The position numbers were made by a program, and so were the translations under genes. From Malacoraja senta (lineage: Eukaryota), in assembly GCA_038087875.1 (NCBI GenBank), contig JAXLNO010000477.1, positions 62,001 through 126,000 on the forward strand: 64,000 bases of DNA, in the 5' to 3' direction. The notes below the pieces were generated by a model. That model was not told the origin of the DNA and searched no databases. It saw only the letters and a list, made by a program, of their open reading frames with translations. Below, piece by piece: positions 24,664 through 38,200 of the stretch. The first letter of the stretch is position 1; every line of letters begins with the position of its first letter.

Positions 24664-26560
24664 AATTGTGAAAGAGTGTAGCACATGTCAAGTAGTTGGA
24701 AAGAATGCACCAACAGTACCGCTACGTCCATGGAAATGGCCGGCTAGAGTGAGGCAAAGATTAATCGTGGACTTTGCAGAGTTAGATGGACAACAATTGT
24801 TCACTGTGATTGATAGTCACTCCAAGTGGGTTGAGGTTTTTCCGATGAACAAAACGACATCCAGCAAAACAATAGACATTTTGCGAGAATTCTTTGCGTC
24901 CTATGGATTTCCAGAGGAAATTGTGTCTGATAACGGACCTCAATTCTGTTCACAAGAATTTGCACAATTCACGAAATGGAATGGTGTAAAACACACTAGA
25001 GTCATTCCATACCATTCCGCTTCAAATGGAGCAGCAGAACGCACAGTGCAAATTGTAAAACGTAATTTAGTCAAACAACTGCTGGATCCAAATCCAAAGA
25101 AAAGACAGTTGTCTCTGTCTCACAAACTGGCTAACTTTCTGTATACATATCGAAACACACCTCACACCACTACTGGTCAAACGCCAGCTGAACTGTACTT
25201 GAAGAGCAAACCAAGAACAAGGTTTTTACTGCTGAAACCAAACTTGGCTCAAACAGTAGAAAAGAAACAGGAAAAACAAAAAAGCATATCATGACAGAAG
25301 TAGATAAAGGAAAGGAGTGTTGAGTGGAATCAGAAGTTAAAGGTGAAAAACATCTGGCCGACTTCGGGGCTGTGGCGGGTTCTGGCGTTCCGGCGGCGGC
25401 GGCCCGACTCGGGACTGAGGTGGTGTTCCGGCGGCGGCGACCCGACTCGGGGCTGAGGTGGAGTTCCAGCGGCGGCGACCCGACTCGGGGCTGAGGTGGT
25501 GTTCCGGCGGCGGCGACCCGACTTCGGAGGTTCGGCCGCGGGCCCAGTAGACGACAACGTAGGGAGCTCGCAGGTCACAGGTTGGTGACCTGTTTTTCCA
25601 GAGCTCCCGCGGCAACAGCTTCGTCCGCTGGACTGGAGGGCGGCAGCTTCGACTACCCCGGGCCGCGGAGATTGAACCGGCCCGTTCGCGGAGCACGGTT
25701 GGGCCGCGGGACTTATTTACCATCACCCGGTGGGGCTCACAATATCCGAGGCCTGGATCGCATTCGCACAGATGGAGAACAAGGAGGGAAGAGACAAAGA
25801 CTTAAGATTTTTGCCTTCCATCACAGTGAGGAGGTGTCTGGTGAACTCACTGTGGTGGATGTTAAATTTGTGTTTATTGTGTGTTTTGTTATTTTATTAT
25901 ATGTATGACTTCAAGGCAACGACATTTTGTTCAGACCGAAAGGTCTGAATGACAATAAAATTTCCATGATCCATGATCCATGATCATCACAAGTGGGTAC
26001 TCCTAGGACATCCGGTGGCGCCCTAGTACATCCGGTCACGCTGTTACTAGCTGCCTCCGCCAACAGTCTGGATGTCTTTTTATTTTGTTATGTTTAGAGT
26101 GTGTTTTTTTTAGTTTTTTCAGTACTTGACTCGATCAAAAATGAGTCCAAGAGGTTCTAAACAGTCAGAAACGTTTGGTCAGAGACGATATCCAGACACA
26201 AGGATAAATCCGTCGGTTAGGTTTAATTTGTGAGGTTTAATTTGGGAAATGCACAGATCATTGCATATGCAACATGTATGCCTCACCCCCTCATTTTATT
26301 CAGGTTATATAAAAGTAAACTAATATAAAAGATTGTAATATATTCATACCGTTTTTATTATATTCACAAATGTCAACAATGTATATTTAAAAATGTCAAC
26401 AAGGCGATAACGTTTTCATTAAGTTGGGAGGAGTTATAATAGCGCCACCTTTAGTTGGAGCATTGTATATGATTGAATAAACCACGGTGCAGCTGTGCAG
26501 TCATGTTCCGGTCACCAGTGAGTTAACTTGTTAATCTGTGTCTGAGCTCAAGATATCACA
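24664..26560 (+). mobile_element. Gypsy integrase-LTR remnant; further copies at 35213-37198 and 42153-45156
   Basis: VKECSTCQ, DFAE, DSHSKWVEV, SDNGPQF, YHSASNGAAERTVQ, YRNTPHTTTGQTPAEL. Confidence 0.92.
25355..25985 (+). mobile_element. GC-rich retroposon with internal 38-bp tandem repeats; copy at ~42815-43485
   Basis: 38-bp unit GGCGGCGGCGACCCGACTCGGGGCTGAGGTGGTGTTAC; tail (CATGATC)n. The empty site is at ~16420 in U1. Confidence 0.8.
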
Positions 26561-27919
26561 GATGGCAGTCAGGGGGTTTGTAGTAGATATTGGTCAGTAG
26601 TCGGTTACCTGCGATGGAGATAGTGAGGTCAAGAAACGGTGGGGAGATATTGGAAATGGTCCAGGTGAATTTGAGTGCCGGATGGAAGTTAGTGGTGAAT
26701 TGGATGAAGCCAGTGAGTTCTGCATGGGTGCAGGAGGCAGCACCGTTGCAGTCGTCGATGTAGCGGAGGTAGAGTTCGGGAATAGGGCCACGGTATCGCC
26801 TCGAACAAGGATATGGGCCCAGGCGCGAGCCAATAGCTACGCCTTGGATTTGGAGGAAATGGGAGGAGTCAAAGGAAAAGTTGTTGAAGGTAAGGACCTG
26901 CTCCGCTAGGCGGAGGATTATTAGTAGACATGGACTGGTTGGTTCTGTGGTCGAGGTAGAAACGGAGGGCTTTAAGACCCTCCTGGTCGGGGATGGAGGT
27001 GTAGAGTGATTGGACATCCAATGTGAAGATGAGGGAATGGGAACCTGGAAAACGGAAGCCATGAATGGGATGAAGAGCGTGTGAGGTGCCTGGGACATAG
27101 GTAGGGAGGGATTTGACCAGGGGGATAGGATGGAGTCGATGTATATGGAAATAAGTTTGGTGGTACAAGGGTCGAGGTATGTGGGACTTAACGATAAATT
27201 AGTTCGTTCGAAGGCATAATACTCTGCTGATCAAGTGCTAGTAAATAGGATTTAGTAGTTGGATACTTTTGAGAAAGTCCGTTGTTGGGCCTGCTTCTCT
27301 GCTCTGTGACTCTGTGACACACGACCCAGTCTTGCACAATTCTCCACATGTGGTATCACCGTCACTAGTTATGGCAGGGGTTCGCTACTTTTCCCTTGAA
27401 TGGGTCGAGTTATAATGAGAGGTGCGGACGTTATTCCTTCGATGAGGGATGATCTTATGATTATGTATAAAATCACGAGGAAAATAGATAAGGTAAATGC
27501 ACTTTTACCCAGGTCGAGGAATCAAAAACCATCTTAGATATCGATATCGTCTGTTTCACATGAACAATCTTAGTCGCCATCATTCTACGAACATTCCCGC
27601 TCTGATCATAAATATCACTTTTCTCAGATGATTAGCATTGGTAAGGTTAGGCAAATGTTTACTAGTGTGATATGTACCGAGGAATAGTGAAACGCCTTTT
27701 TTGCTTCCGATCCACTCAGATCGGCTAGACCGTGCAAAGGTACCAACTGTTCAAATCCAGAGGTAGACAGAAATGCTGGAGAAACTCAGCGGGTGCAGCA
27801 GCATCTATGGAGCGAAGGAAATAGGCAACGACCCTTCTTCAAACACCGATACATCAGATAGACCAAGGGGAATGTACAGAATACTAAATATTGTTCGTGA
27901 TGTGATGATCAATATTGTC

Positions 27920-29005
27920 TTTCATTTCTACGAATCCCAGAATTGTCCTTGTGTTTGTAAGGATGAACATCATTTGCTCAGCCCATATCACATAATTCAG
28001 ACCGCCGTGGAACTGGTCATGTGCAGTTGGTGAATTCGAGCTGTAAAAACGCAAAGTCAGTACAATGTGCAAAACGTATCATTTGACTGTGCCGAAGTCC
28101 ACAGCTGGAACGATGTATAATGCAGTGCTGTTGTGAGCCATCCCGCTGGGTTCGTGGTGTTGTGAACAATTAAGATGGGAAGGGCATTAGGTTTTAGCCA
28201 CGTTTATTATTCTCACATGTATCAAGGTACATTCTAAAACTTGGTTGTGCCTGCTGTCCAAAGTGATCAGATATAACATATACAGATTCAATCTGTTCAA
28301 ACACGAGGACACAAGAATGGTGAGTCTTTGTATAAACACAGAGGGTGGTAACTGTGTGGTTAGTGGGTATATAGAACGAGCTGCCAAAGGAGATAGTTGG
28401 GGTGAAAACTATCACAAAATGTAAAGACATTTGGACAGGTAGGTGAATAGGAAAGGTTGAAAATAATCAGTGCCATAGCCGGTGTGACTAGTGTTTATGG
28501 GGCACATTGGCCGGTTAGGGCCTGGTAACGGAGGGTAACAGGTTATTCGTATGTCCCGTGCTGCGCAGTTTCAGAACTGACCTCGGACTCAATCATTTCC
28601 TACCTCATTACATTATTCGTCATTGCCCTATTGTCCAAAACACATGTTCGCCCAGCCATATTTGTACTTGATAAATGAGCATCACTATTTCTGGGTAGGA
28701 GGTACAGTGTATTCAGATATGTTTGACAGGATAAATTCCATCTTATCTCAGTCACCCAATTCGTATTCTGAAACATTTATCCTTACTAAATTATCCAGGA
28801 ACCCTTTGTGTATTTCGGTGAATATCCACCCTGTCAAGGCCTCTCAGAAGCGGACATTTATTGTGTCAATAAAATTACTTGTCGTTGTTCCAAACTGCAC
28901 AGCGTAGACGATCTGATAAACTGTTGGTCCTTTGGCGGCCATTTTTTCAGAGGGATAAATCTCGACTTCAGTCTCTGCACCGAGCTGAGGACGCGTATCG
29001 TGTTC
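27920..29005 (-). pseudogene. Unidentified gene, U2a copy (terminal exon ~27920-28040; internal exon 28604-29005)
   Basis: Homology to the other copies. The intron is shortened by a deletion at ~28520. Confidence 0.58.
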
Positions 29006-29684
29006 CTTGAAAGATATAACGTCAAAGCAGAACAATCTGTGTCCAAGGGTAAAGGGGTAACTACAGAGAGAGTGGGCTCTCATGGATCAAAGTTAGTACA
29101 ATGGGCAAAACGTATCATTTGACTGTGCCGAGGTCCACAGCTGGAACGATGTATGATGCGTTGCTTCTGTGAACCATGGGACATCCCGCTGGGTTCGTGG
29201 TGTTGGGAACAATGAAGATGCGAAGAGCATTAGGTTTTAGCCACGTTTATTGTTATCACATGTATCAAGGTACAGTCTAAAACTTGGTTGTGCCTGCTGT
29301 CCAAACTGATCAGATATAACATATACAGATTCAATTAGTTCAAACACGAGAACACAGAGTGGTGAGTCTTTGTATAAACACAGAGGGTGGTCACTATGTG
29401 GATTCGCACAGGGGTTGGTGGGTTTATAGAACGAGCTGCTAGAGCAGATAGTTGAGGCGAAAACTATCACAAAATATAAAGACATTTGGACGTAAATGTA
29501 TGGGAAAGGTTGAAAATGATCAGGGCCAAACATAGTAGGTGAGACTAGTGGAGATGGGGCACATTTGTCGGTTAGGGCAAGCTGGGCCGATGGTCTATGA
29601 ATATGTAAATAGATGAAGCAAAGTGGACGATACAGAGTGCGGAACACAGTTTTCACCATTGTATCGCATTGTTGTTCCTCAGTT

Positions 29685-30170
29685 TGTGAGACAACGCCCA
29701 ATGCCACAATGAGTTAGAGGCTGTTGTGAGACAACGCCCAACGGCACAATGGGTTAGAGGCTGTTGTGAGACAACGCCCAATGCCACAATGGGTTAGAGG
29801 CTGTTGTGGGACAACGCCCAATGCCACAATGGGTTAGAGGCTGTTGTGACACAACGCCCAACGGCACAATGGGTTAGAGGCTGTTGTGAGACAACGCCCA
29901 ATGCCACAATGGGTTAGAGGCTGTTGTGGGACAACGCCCAATGCCACAATGGGTTAGAGGCTTCTGTGAGACAACGCCCAATGCAACAATGGGTTAGAGG
30001 CTGTTGTGAGACAACGCCCAATGCCACAATGGGTTAGAGGCTGTTGTGAGACAATGCCCAATGCCACAATGGGTTAGAGGCTGCTGTGAGACAAAGGCCC
30101 AATGCCACAATGGGTTAGAGGCTGTTGTGAGACAACGCCCAATGGCACAATCGGTTAGAGGCTGTTGTGA
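29685..30170. repeat. 40-bp minisatellite, ~12 copies
   Basis: Period 40, read directly. Confidence 0.96.
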
Positions 30171-30374
30171 AACCAGCAACGTGGCCGTCGGAAACCAGCA
30201 CCACTGCGTCACTAATGTTTTCTTGGATGATGAATGAATGAGGTTAGAGGCAAATTGACCAGAACCACAACTCTGGAGGGACTGTTCAGAGGCCTGGTAA
30301 CGGAGGGTAACAAGCTATTCGTATGTCCCGTGGTGCGCAGTTTCAGAACTGACCTCGGACTCAATCATTTCATA

Positions 30375-32037
30375 CATAGAAACATATAAAATAGGTGCAG
30401 GAGCAGGCCATTCGGCCCTTCGAGCCTGCACCGCCATTCAATATGATCATGGCTGATCATCCAAATCAGTATCCTGTACCTGCCTTCTCTCCATAGCCCC
30501 TGATTCTTAAGCCACATGGGCCACATCTAACTCCCTCTTAAATATAGCCAATGAACTGGCCTCAATTACCTTCTGTGGCAGAAAATTCTACAGATTCACC
30601 ACTCTATGTGTGAAAAATGATTTTCTCATCTCGGTCCTAAAAGACTTCCCCCTTATCCTTAAACTGTGACTCCTTGTTCTGGACTTCCCCATCATCGGGA
30701 ACAATCTTCCTGCATCTAGCCTGTCCAACCACTTAAGAATCTTGTAAGTTTCTATAAGATCCCCCCTCAATCTTGTAAATTCTAGCGAGTACAAGCCGAG
30801 TCTATCCAGTCTTTCTTCATATGAAAGTCCTGCCATCCCAGGAATCAGTCTGGTGAACCTTCTATGTACTCCCTCTATGGCAAGAATGCCTTTCCTCAGA
30901 TTTGGTGAACAAAACTGTACGCAATACTCCAGGTGTGGCCTCACCAAGACCCTGTCGAACTGCATTAGAACCCCGCTGCTCTTATGCTCAAATCCTTTTG
31001 CTATGAATGCTAACATACCCTTCACTTTCCTCACTGCCTGCTGCACCTGCATGCCTACTTTCAATGACTGGTGCACAATGACACCCAGATCTCGTTGCAT
31101 CTCCCCTTTTCCTAATCGGCCACCATTCAGATAATAATCTACTTTCCTGTTTTTGCCACCAAAGTGGATAACATCACATTTACCCACATTATACTGCATT
31201 TGCCATGCATTTGCCCACTCACCCAACCTATCCAAGTCAGCTTGCAGCCTCCTAGCATCCTCGTCACAGCTAACACTGCCCCCCAGCTTCGTGTCATCCG
31301 CAAACTTGGAGATGTTGCATTCAATTCCCTCATCCAGTTCATTAATATATATTGTAAATAGCTGGGGTCCCAGCACTGAGCCTTGCGGTACCGCACTAGT
31401 CACTGCCTGCCATTTTGAAAATGACCCGTTTACTCCTACACTTTGCTTCCTGTCTGCCAGACAGTTCTCTATCCACATCAATACTGAACCCCCAATACCG
31501 TGTGCTTTAAGTTTGCATACTAATCTCTTATGTGGGACCTTGTCGAAAGCCTTCTGAAAGTCCAGATATAACACATCCACTGGTTCTCCCTTATCCACTC
31601 TACTAGTTACATCCTCGAAAAATTCTAGAAGATTCGTCAGACATGATTTACCTTTCGTAAATCCATGCTGACTTTGTCCAATGATTTCACCACTTTCCAA
31701 ATGAGCTGCTATCCCATCTTTAATAACTGACTCTAGCATTTTGCCCACTACCGATGTTAGACTAACTGGTCTGTAATTCCCCGTTTTCTCTCTCCCTCCC
31801 CTTTTAAAAAGTGAGGTTACATTAGCTACCCTCCAATCCACAGGAACTACTCCAGAATCTGAAGAGTTCTGAAAAATTATCACTAATGCATCCACTATTT
31901 ATGGGGATACTTCCTTAAGTACTCTGGGATGCAGCCTGTCTGGTCCTGGGGATTTATCGGCCTTTAATCCATTCCATTTATCTAACACCACTTCCCGGCT
32001 AACCTGGATTTCACTCAGTTCCTCCATTTCATTTGAC
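30375..32037 (-). mobile_element. CR1 LINE, 5'-truncated, with an open RT domain
   Basis: ORF 30588..31895 (NYRPVSLTS, YLDFQKAFDKVPH, VPQGSVLGP, KFADD). Inserted at CATACAT^GATTAC, which is intact at ~50805-50817. Confidence 0.95.
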
Positions 32038-32440
32038 ATGATTACATTACTCTTCATTTCCCTGTTGTTCAAAAAACAATTTCGCCCAGCTATATTTGTA
32101 CTTGATAAATGAGCGTCACTATTTTCTGGGTAGGAGGTACAGTGTATTCAGATATGTTTGTCAGGATAAATTCCATCTTATCTCAGTCACCCAATTCGTA
32201 TTCTGAAACATTTATCCTTACTAAATTATCCAGCAACCCTTTGTGTATCTCGGTGAATATCCATCCTGTCAAGGCCTCTCAGAAGCTGACATTTATTGTG
32301 TCAAAAAAATCACTTGTCGTTGTTCCAAACTGCACAGAGTAGACGATCTGATAAACCGTTGGTCCTTTGACGGCCATTTTTTCCGAGGGATAAATCTCTA
32401 CTCCAGTCTCTGCACCGAGCTGAAGACGCGTATCGTGCTC
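32038..32440 (-). pseudogene. Unidentified gene, U2b internal exon (donor region hit by CR1)
   Basis: [39 protein letters not shown] in ORF 32279..32536. Confidence 0.58.
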
Positions 32441-35212
32441 CTTGAAAGATATAACGTCAAAGCAGAACAATCTGCGGCCAAGGGGAAAGGGGTAACTACA
32501 GAGAGAGTGGGACCTCTCATGAATCAAAGTGGTCACCTCTGTGTGGAGCCACAGGAGATGGACATGATCCTCAATAAGTATCTCCCCTCTGTATTTTTCG
32601 AGGATAAAAACAGTCGGATGGAGGATCTTGGGACAATCAATGGGAGTTTCTTGAGAGCAGTCAGTGTTACCGTCGAAGAAGTATTGAAGGTACTATCGTG
32701 TATCAAGGTAGACAATCTCCAGGGCCTGGGACATATCCGAGGACATTGTACGAAATTAGGGTGGGAATTGCGGGAGCCCTCGTTGAAATGTACGTGGTCA
32801 AGATGCGGAAGTATGCCATTCGGCCCTTCGAGCCAGCACCGCCATTCACTGTGATCATGGCAGATCATGCACAATCAGTACCCCGTTCCTGCCTTCTCCC
32901 TATATCCCTTGAATCTGCTATCTTTAAGAGCTCTATCTAACTCTTTCTTGAAACCATCCAAAGAATAGGCCCCCACTGCCTTCTGAGGCAGACAATTCCA
33001 CAGATTCGCAACACTCTGGGTGAGAAAGTGTTTCCTCATCTCCGTTCTAAATGGCTTACCCATTATTCTTAAACTGTGGCGCCTGGTTCTGGACTCCTCC
33101 AACATCGGGAACACGTTTCCTGCCTCTAGCGTGTTCAATCCCCTAATAATCTTATACGTTTCAATAGGATCACCTCTCATCCTTCTAAATTCCAGTGTAT
33201 ACAAACCCAGTCGCTCCATTTGGTCGACATACGACAGGCCCGCCACCCCGGGAATTAACCGTGTAAACCATGGGAACAACGTCCTTTCTCAAAATCGGAG
33301 ACCAAAACTGCACACAATTCTCCTGGTGTTGTCTCTCCAGGGCCCTGTCCAACTGTAGAAGGACCTCTTTGCTCCTATACTCAACTCCTGTGGTTATGAA
33401 GGCCAACATGCCATTAGCTTTTGCGACAATATCCATGTAATTTATGCGTATGAGTTGTACTCATTCTCGCACATGCTCAGACTTGCGCATATAATTATGT
33501 AAATCAGTCAGTGACCTTTAACTTGGAAATAAATCATTCTTGCTTTTGATTCCTACACGAGTGTGTGTGGAGCCATCTTTCTCCGTCTAATAAGTGCTAG
33601 TTTTACCTACATCATAAGCAGACACATATCAAAACATGGTGGCATCGGTGAAAGTGAAGATTTGTGGAGAAAATGGACGCTATGATGATTAGCAAAAATG
33701 CTTTGAAAAGCTTTCAGGCATCAGTGTTTCAATGCTCAGCGACCGACTAGCTGCATGCACGAGTGGAATAATATGCAGGCCAGTGAGCACACAAAGATAA
33801 GACGCAGTGTGTAAATCAGTGCTGTGGGACTGCTTAAACATAGCACACGCTGCATGGAAACAGATACAAACAAGTTCTGTTGCAATATATTTTGTATATT
33901 AGTAGAAGATATTAGAGAATATTACGCAAATTGCGCAGTCGTGCGTTGCGCTTAAAGCTAAACGATACGTAAGCGATTATGAGCGACGGGATACTATGAT
34001 ATTTGAATTGAATTGAATTGAATTTCCTTTATTGTCATTCAAACAATAGTTTGAACAAAATTGCGTACCTTGCAGTCATGACAGAGAAAAAGCAACAAAA
34101 CACACATTGAACACAATTTAACACAAACATCCATCAGAGTGAATCTCCAGGCACCTCCTCACTGTGATGGAAGACATAAAGTCCTATCTCTTCCTTGCTT
34201 GTTCTCCCGCTGCGTCGAGGCGATCGAGGCTCTCGATGTTAAAGCCCCCGCCGGGTGATGGGTAAATCCCGCGGCCGATTCCATGCTCCCCGAACGGGCC
34301 GAGTCAAACTCCGCGACCCGGGGCGGACGAAGCCGCCACCCTCCAGTCCAGCTGTTGCGGGAGCTCCCGAAAATCAGTCACCAAGCAGGGACATGCGAGC
34401 TCCCGATGTTACCGTCCACAGGGCCCGCGGCCGAAGCCCGCCAAGCTCCGAAGTCGGGTCGCAGCCACAGCGCCATCACAGCCTCCGAAGTCAGACAGCT
34501 CCGCGTTGGAAAGTCCACAGGCTCTGCCACCGGAGCCCCCAAAGTCGATTCCAGTTTGAGGCCCCCAGCTCCTCGATATTAGGCCTCAGTACAGACGCAG
34601 ACGGAGATATGACAAGGAAAAGGTCGCATCCCCGTTGAAGGAAGAGATTTAAAAAATCTTTCCCCCTCTCCCCACATATATACAACTAAATATAAACTAA
34701 AACATACGTCTAATAAGACAAAAGAAAACAAAACAAGACAAAGCCAGGCGACTGCAGGCGAGCCGCAGCTGCTTCCGGATGGAAGTGGCGGCGCAGGCCA
34801 GTTCATCTTTCCACGTGGCTCCACCACCCAATCTAAAGCTCAAAGAGAAGCGGGTGGAAGAGTAGAAAATGTTTAAACAAATGTACGAAAATTATCATTA
34901 CATGACTACTGCCCCATAGAGTATCTCCCTATCAGTACTACAACACAGTGTGTTATTACATCAGTACTACTCCACACTGTCACTCCGTCAGTACAACCCC
35001 ACAGTGTGTCATTCCATCAGAACTACCCCACAGCGTGACACTTCATCAGTAGTATTACACAGTGTCATTTCATCAGTACTACTGCACAGTGTGTCACGCC
35101 ATCAGTACTACTGCACAGTAAGTATCTCCATCACTACGTCCACACCGTGTTTAACGCCATCAGTACTGCCCCATCGTGTGTCACTCCATCAGTACTATCC
35201 CACAGTGTATCA

Positions 35213-38200
35213 AATTGTGAAAGAGTGTAGCACATGTCAAGTAGTTGGAAAGAATCCACCAACAGTACCGCTACAGCCATGGAAATGGCCGGCTAGAGTG
35301 TGGCAAAGATTACTCGTGGACTTTGCAGAGTTAGATGGACAACAATTGTTCACTGTGATTGATAGTCACTCCAAGTGGGTTGAGGTTTTTCCGATGAACA
35401 AAACGACATCCAGCAAAACAATAGACATTTTGCGAGGATTGTTTGCGTCCTATGGATTTCCAGAGGAAATTGTGTCTGATAACGGACCTCAATTCTGTTC
35501 ACAAGTGTTTGCACAATTCATGAAATGGAATGGTGTAAAAACCACTAGAGTCAGTCCATATCATTCCGCTTCAAATGGAGCAGCCGAGTGCACAGTGCAA
35601 ATTGTAAAACGTCGTTTAGTCAAACAACTGCTGGATCCAAATCCAAAGAAAAGACAGATGTCTCTGTCTCACAAACTGGCTAACTTTCTGATTACATATC
35701 GAAACACACCTCACACCACTACTGGTCAAACGCCAGCTGAACTGTTCTTGAACAGAAAACCAAGAACAAGGTTTTCATTGCTGAAACCAAACTTGGCTCA
35801 AACAGTAGAAAAGAGACAGGAGAAAAGAGACAGGCGCTCGATACATCGTGGAGCGGGCGAGGCCTTACCTGGGATCGCTGCTTGGAGCTACGGAATGTTG
35901 GGCCGCTGCTACAGCATCGCGGAGCTGTGGGTACGGAGCCCCTAACGCGGGCGGAGCTGACTTAAACATCGCAATGTCCTGGGACCATTTGCCGGGGTTC
36001 GCCAGCTCGAATCTCCGCCCAGCGCGGCCTGTGGACATCGGGAGCCGCGGACTCCGGTGGAAGGTGGAAGGTGTCCGATTCAGAGGCCCAGGCCGCTGAG
36101 GATGTTCTCCCGTTCGACGTCGGGGTTCCATCGTTCCCGGCGAGAGGGCCTAAACTTCGGGCCACCCGTGGCGGCGACTACGGTGTGGTCGGGAGGCCCC
36201 GACCACGGGTGAACATTGGGGAACATCAGCGAGGAGGTTGACTGGACATTGGTTCCTTCCCTCACAGTGGGGATCTTTGGTGCCGCTGTGGGGATGTTTG
36301 AGTTGTGGACTACTGTGTTCGGTGCTTTTGTGTTTTGTTACAATTTTAATTTTTTGTATTACTGTGTGCGAAAGACAATTTCGTTGTCTCTGAAATGAAG
36401 ACAATGACAATAAATTAAATCAAATCAAATCTAAAGTGGTTACCTGGTAGAGTAGTGAGAAAGTGTAGACCACGGACATACTTGGTCAAGATCTTTGGAA
36501 GTGGGAAGGTGAGAAAAGTACACATTGACCATGTCATGCCCATGCAAGCACAGACAGGTTTGCAACCAGATCAATTAGACGAGTCAGATAATTTGGTTAC
36601 CACTCAAGTACAGGTACCAACGGATGAACCAGAAATGGTACATGAAGGTACACAAGATAGTGAGAGTTTGAACCAGCCTGAAAATGGAGGTTCAAGTGTG
36701 GTTGACAGTCTACAAAATTGACTGATGGACTGGAATCTATGAATGTAGGTTAAAAGGAAGACTTGACTCGATCAAAAATGAGTCCAAGTGGTTCTAAACA
36801 ATCAGAAACGTTTGGTCAGAGACGATATCCAGACAAAAGGAGAAATCCGTCGGTTAGGTTTAATTTGTGAAGTTTAATTTGGGAAATGCACAGATCATTG
36901 CATATGCAACATATATGCCTCACCCCCTCATTTTATTCAGGTTCTATAAAAGTAAACTAATATAAAAGATTGTAATATATTCATACCGTTTTTATTATAT
37001 TCACAAATATCAACAATGTTATATTTTAAAATGTCAACAAGGCGATAACGTTTTCATTAAGTTGGGAGGAGTTATAATAGCGCCTCCTTTAGTTGGAGCA
37101 TTGTATATGATTGAATAAACCACGGTGCAGCTGTGCAGTCATGTTCCGGTCACCAGTGAGTTAACTTGTTAATCTGTGTCTGAGCTCAATATATCTCAGA
37201 TGGGAGTCAGGGGGTTTGTAGTAGATATTGGTCAGTAGTCGGTTACCTACGATGGAGATAGTGAGGACAAGAAACGGTGGGGAGATATTGGAAATGGTCC
37301 AGGTGAATTTGAGTGCCGGATGGAAGTTAGTGGTGAAATGGATGAAGTCAGTGAGTTCTACATGAGTGCAGGAAGCAGCATCATTGCAGTTGTCGATGTA
37401 GCGGAGATAGAGTTCGGGGATAGGGCCACGGTATCACCTCGAACAATGATATAGGCCCAGGCGCGAGCCAATAGCTACGCCTTGGATTTGGAGGAAATGG
37501 GAGGAGTCAAAGGAAAAGTTGTTGAGGGTAAGGACCAGCTCCTCTAGGCGGGGGATTATCAGTAGACATGGATTGGTTGGTTCTGTGGTCGAGGAAGAAA
37601 CGGAGGGCTTTAAGACACTCCTGGTCGGGGATGGAGGTGTAGCGTGACTGGACATCCACGGTGAAGATGAGGGAATGGGGGCCGGGAAAACGGAAGCCAT
37701 GAAGAGCGTGTGAGGTGTCTGGGACATAGGTAGGGAGAGATTTGACCAGGGGGATAGGATGGAGTCGATGTATATGGAAATAAGTTTGGTGGTACAAGGG
37801 TCGAGGTATGTGGGACTTAACGATAAATTAGATAGTTCGAAGGCATAATACTCTGCTGATCAAGAGCTAGTAAATGGGATTTAGTAATTGGATACTTTTG
37901 ACATAGACCGTTGTTGGGCCTGCTTCTCTGCTCTGTGACTCTGTGACACACGACCCAGTCTTGCACAATTCTCCACATGTGGTCTCACCGTCACTAGTTA
38001 TGGCAGGGGTTCGCTACATTTCCCTTGAATGGGTCGAGTTATAATGAGAGGTGCGGACATTATTCCTTCGAGTGCCGGAGGATGAGGGACGGTCTTATGA
38101 TTATGTATAAAATCACGAGGAAAATAGATCAGGTAAATGCACTTTTATCCGGGTCGAGGAATCAAAAACCATCTTAGATATCGATATCGTCTGTTTCACA

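Larger units (their letters stand above)
24664..35212. repeat. Tandem segmental unit U2 (~10.5 kb, with internal duplication and CR1 insertion)
   Basis: Colinear modules; bounded by the junction GTGTATCA|AATTGTGAAAGAG. Confidence 0.9.

Noticed and set aside
24455..25294. Novel protein with a repeat N-terminus fused to integrase (also 34950..35945)
   Set aside because: Chance read-through across the duplication junction from a non-ATG start; not preserved in U3/U4.
29685..30170. CRISPR-like array
   Set aside because: The units are contiguous 40-bp tandem repeats with no unique spacers, there are no cas genes, and the context is vertebrate.
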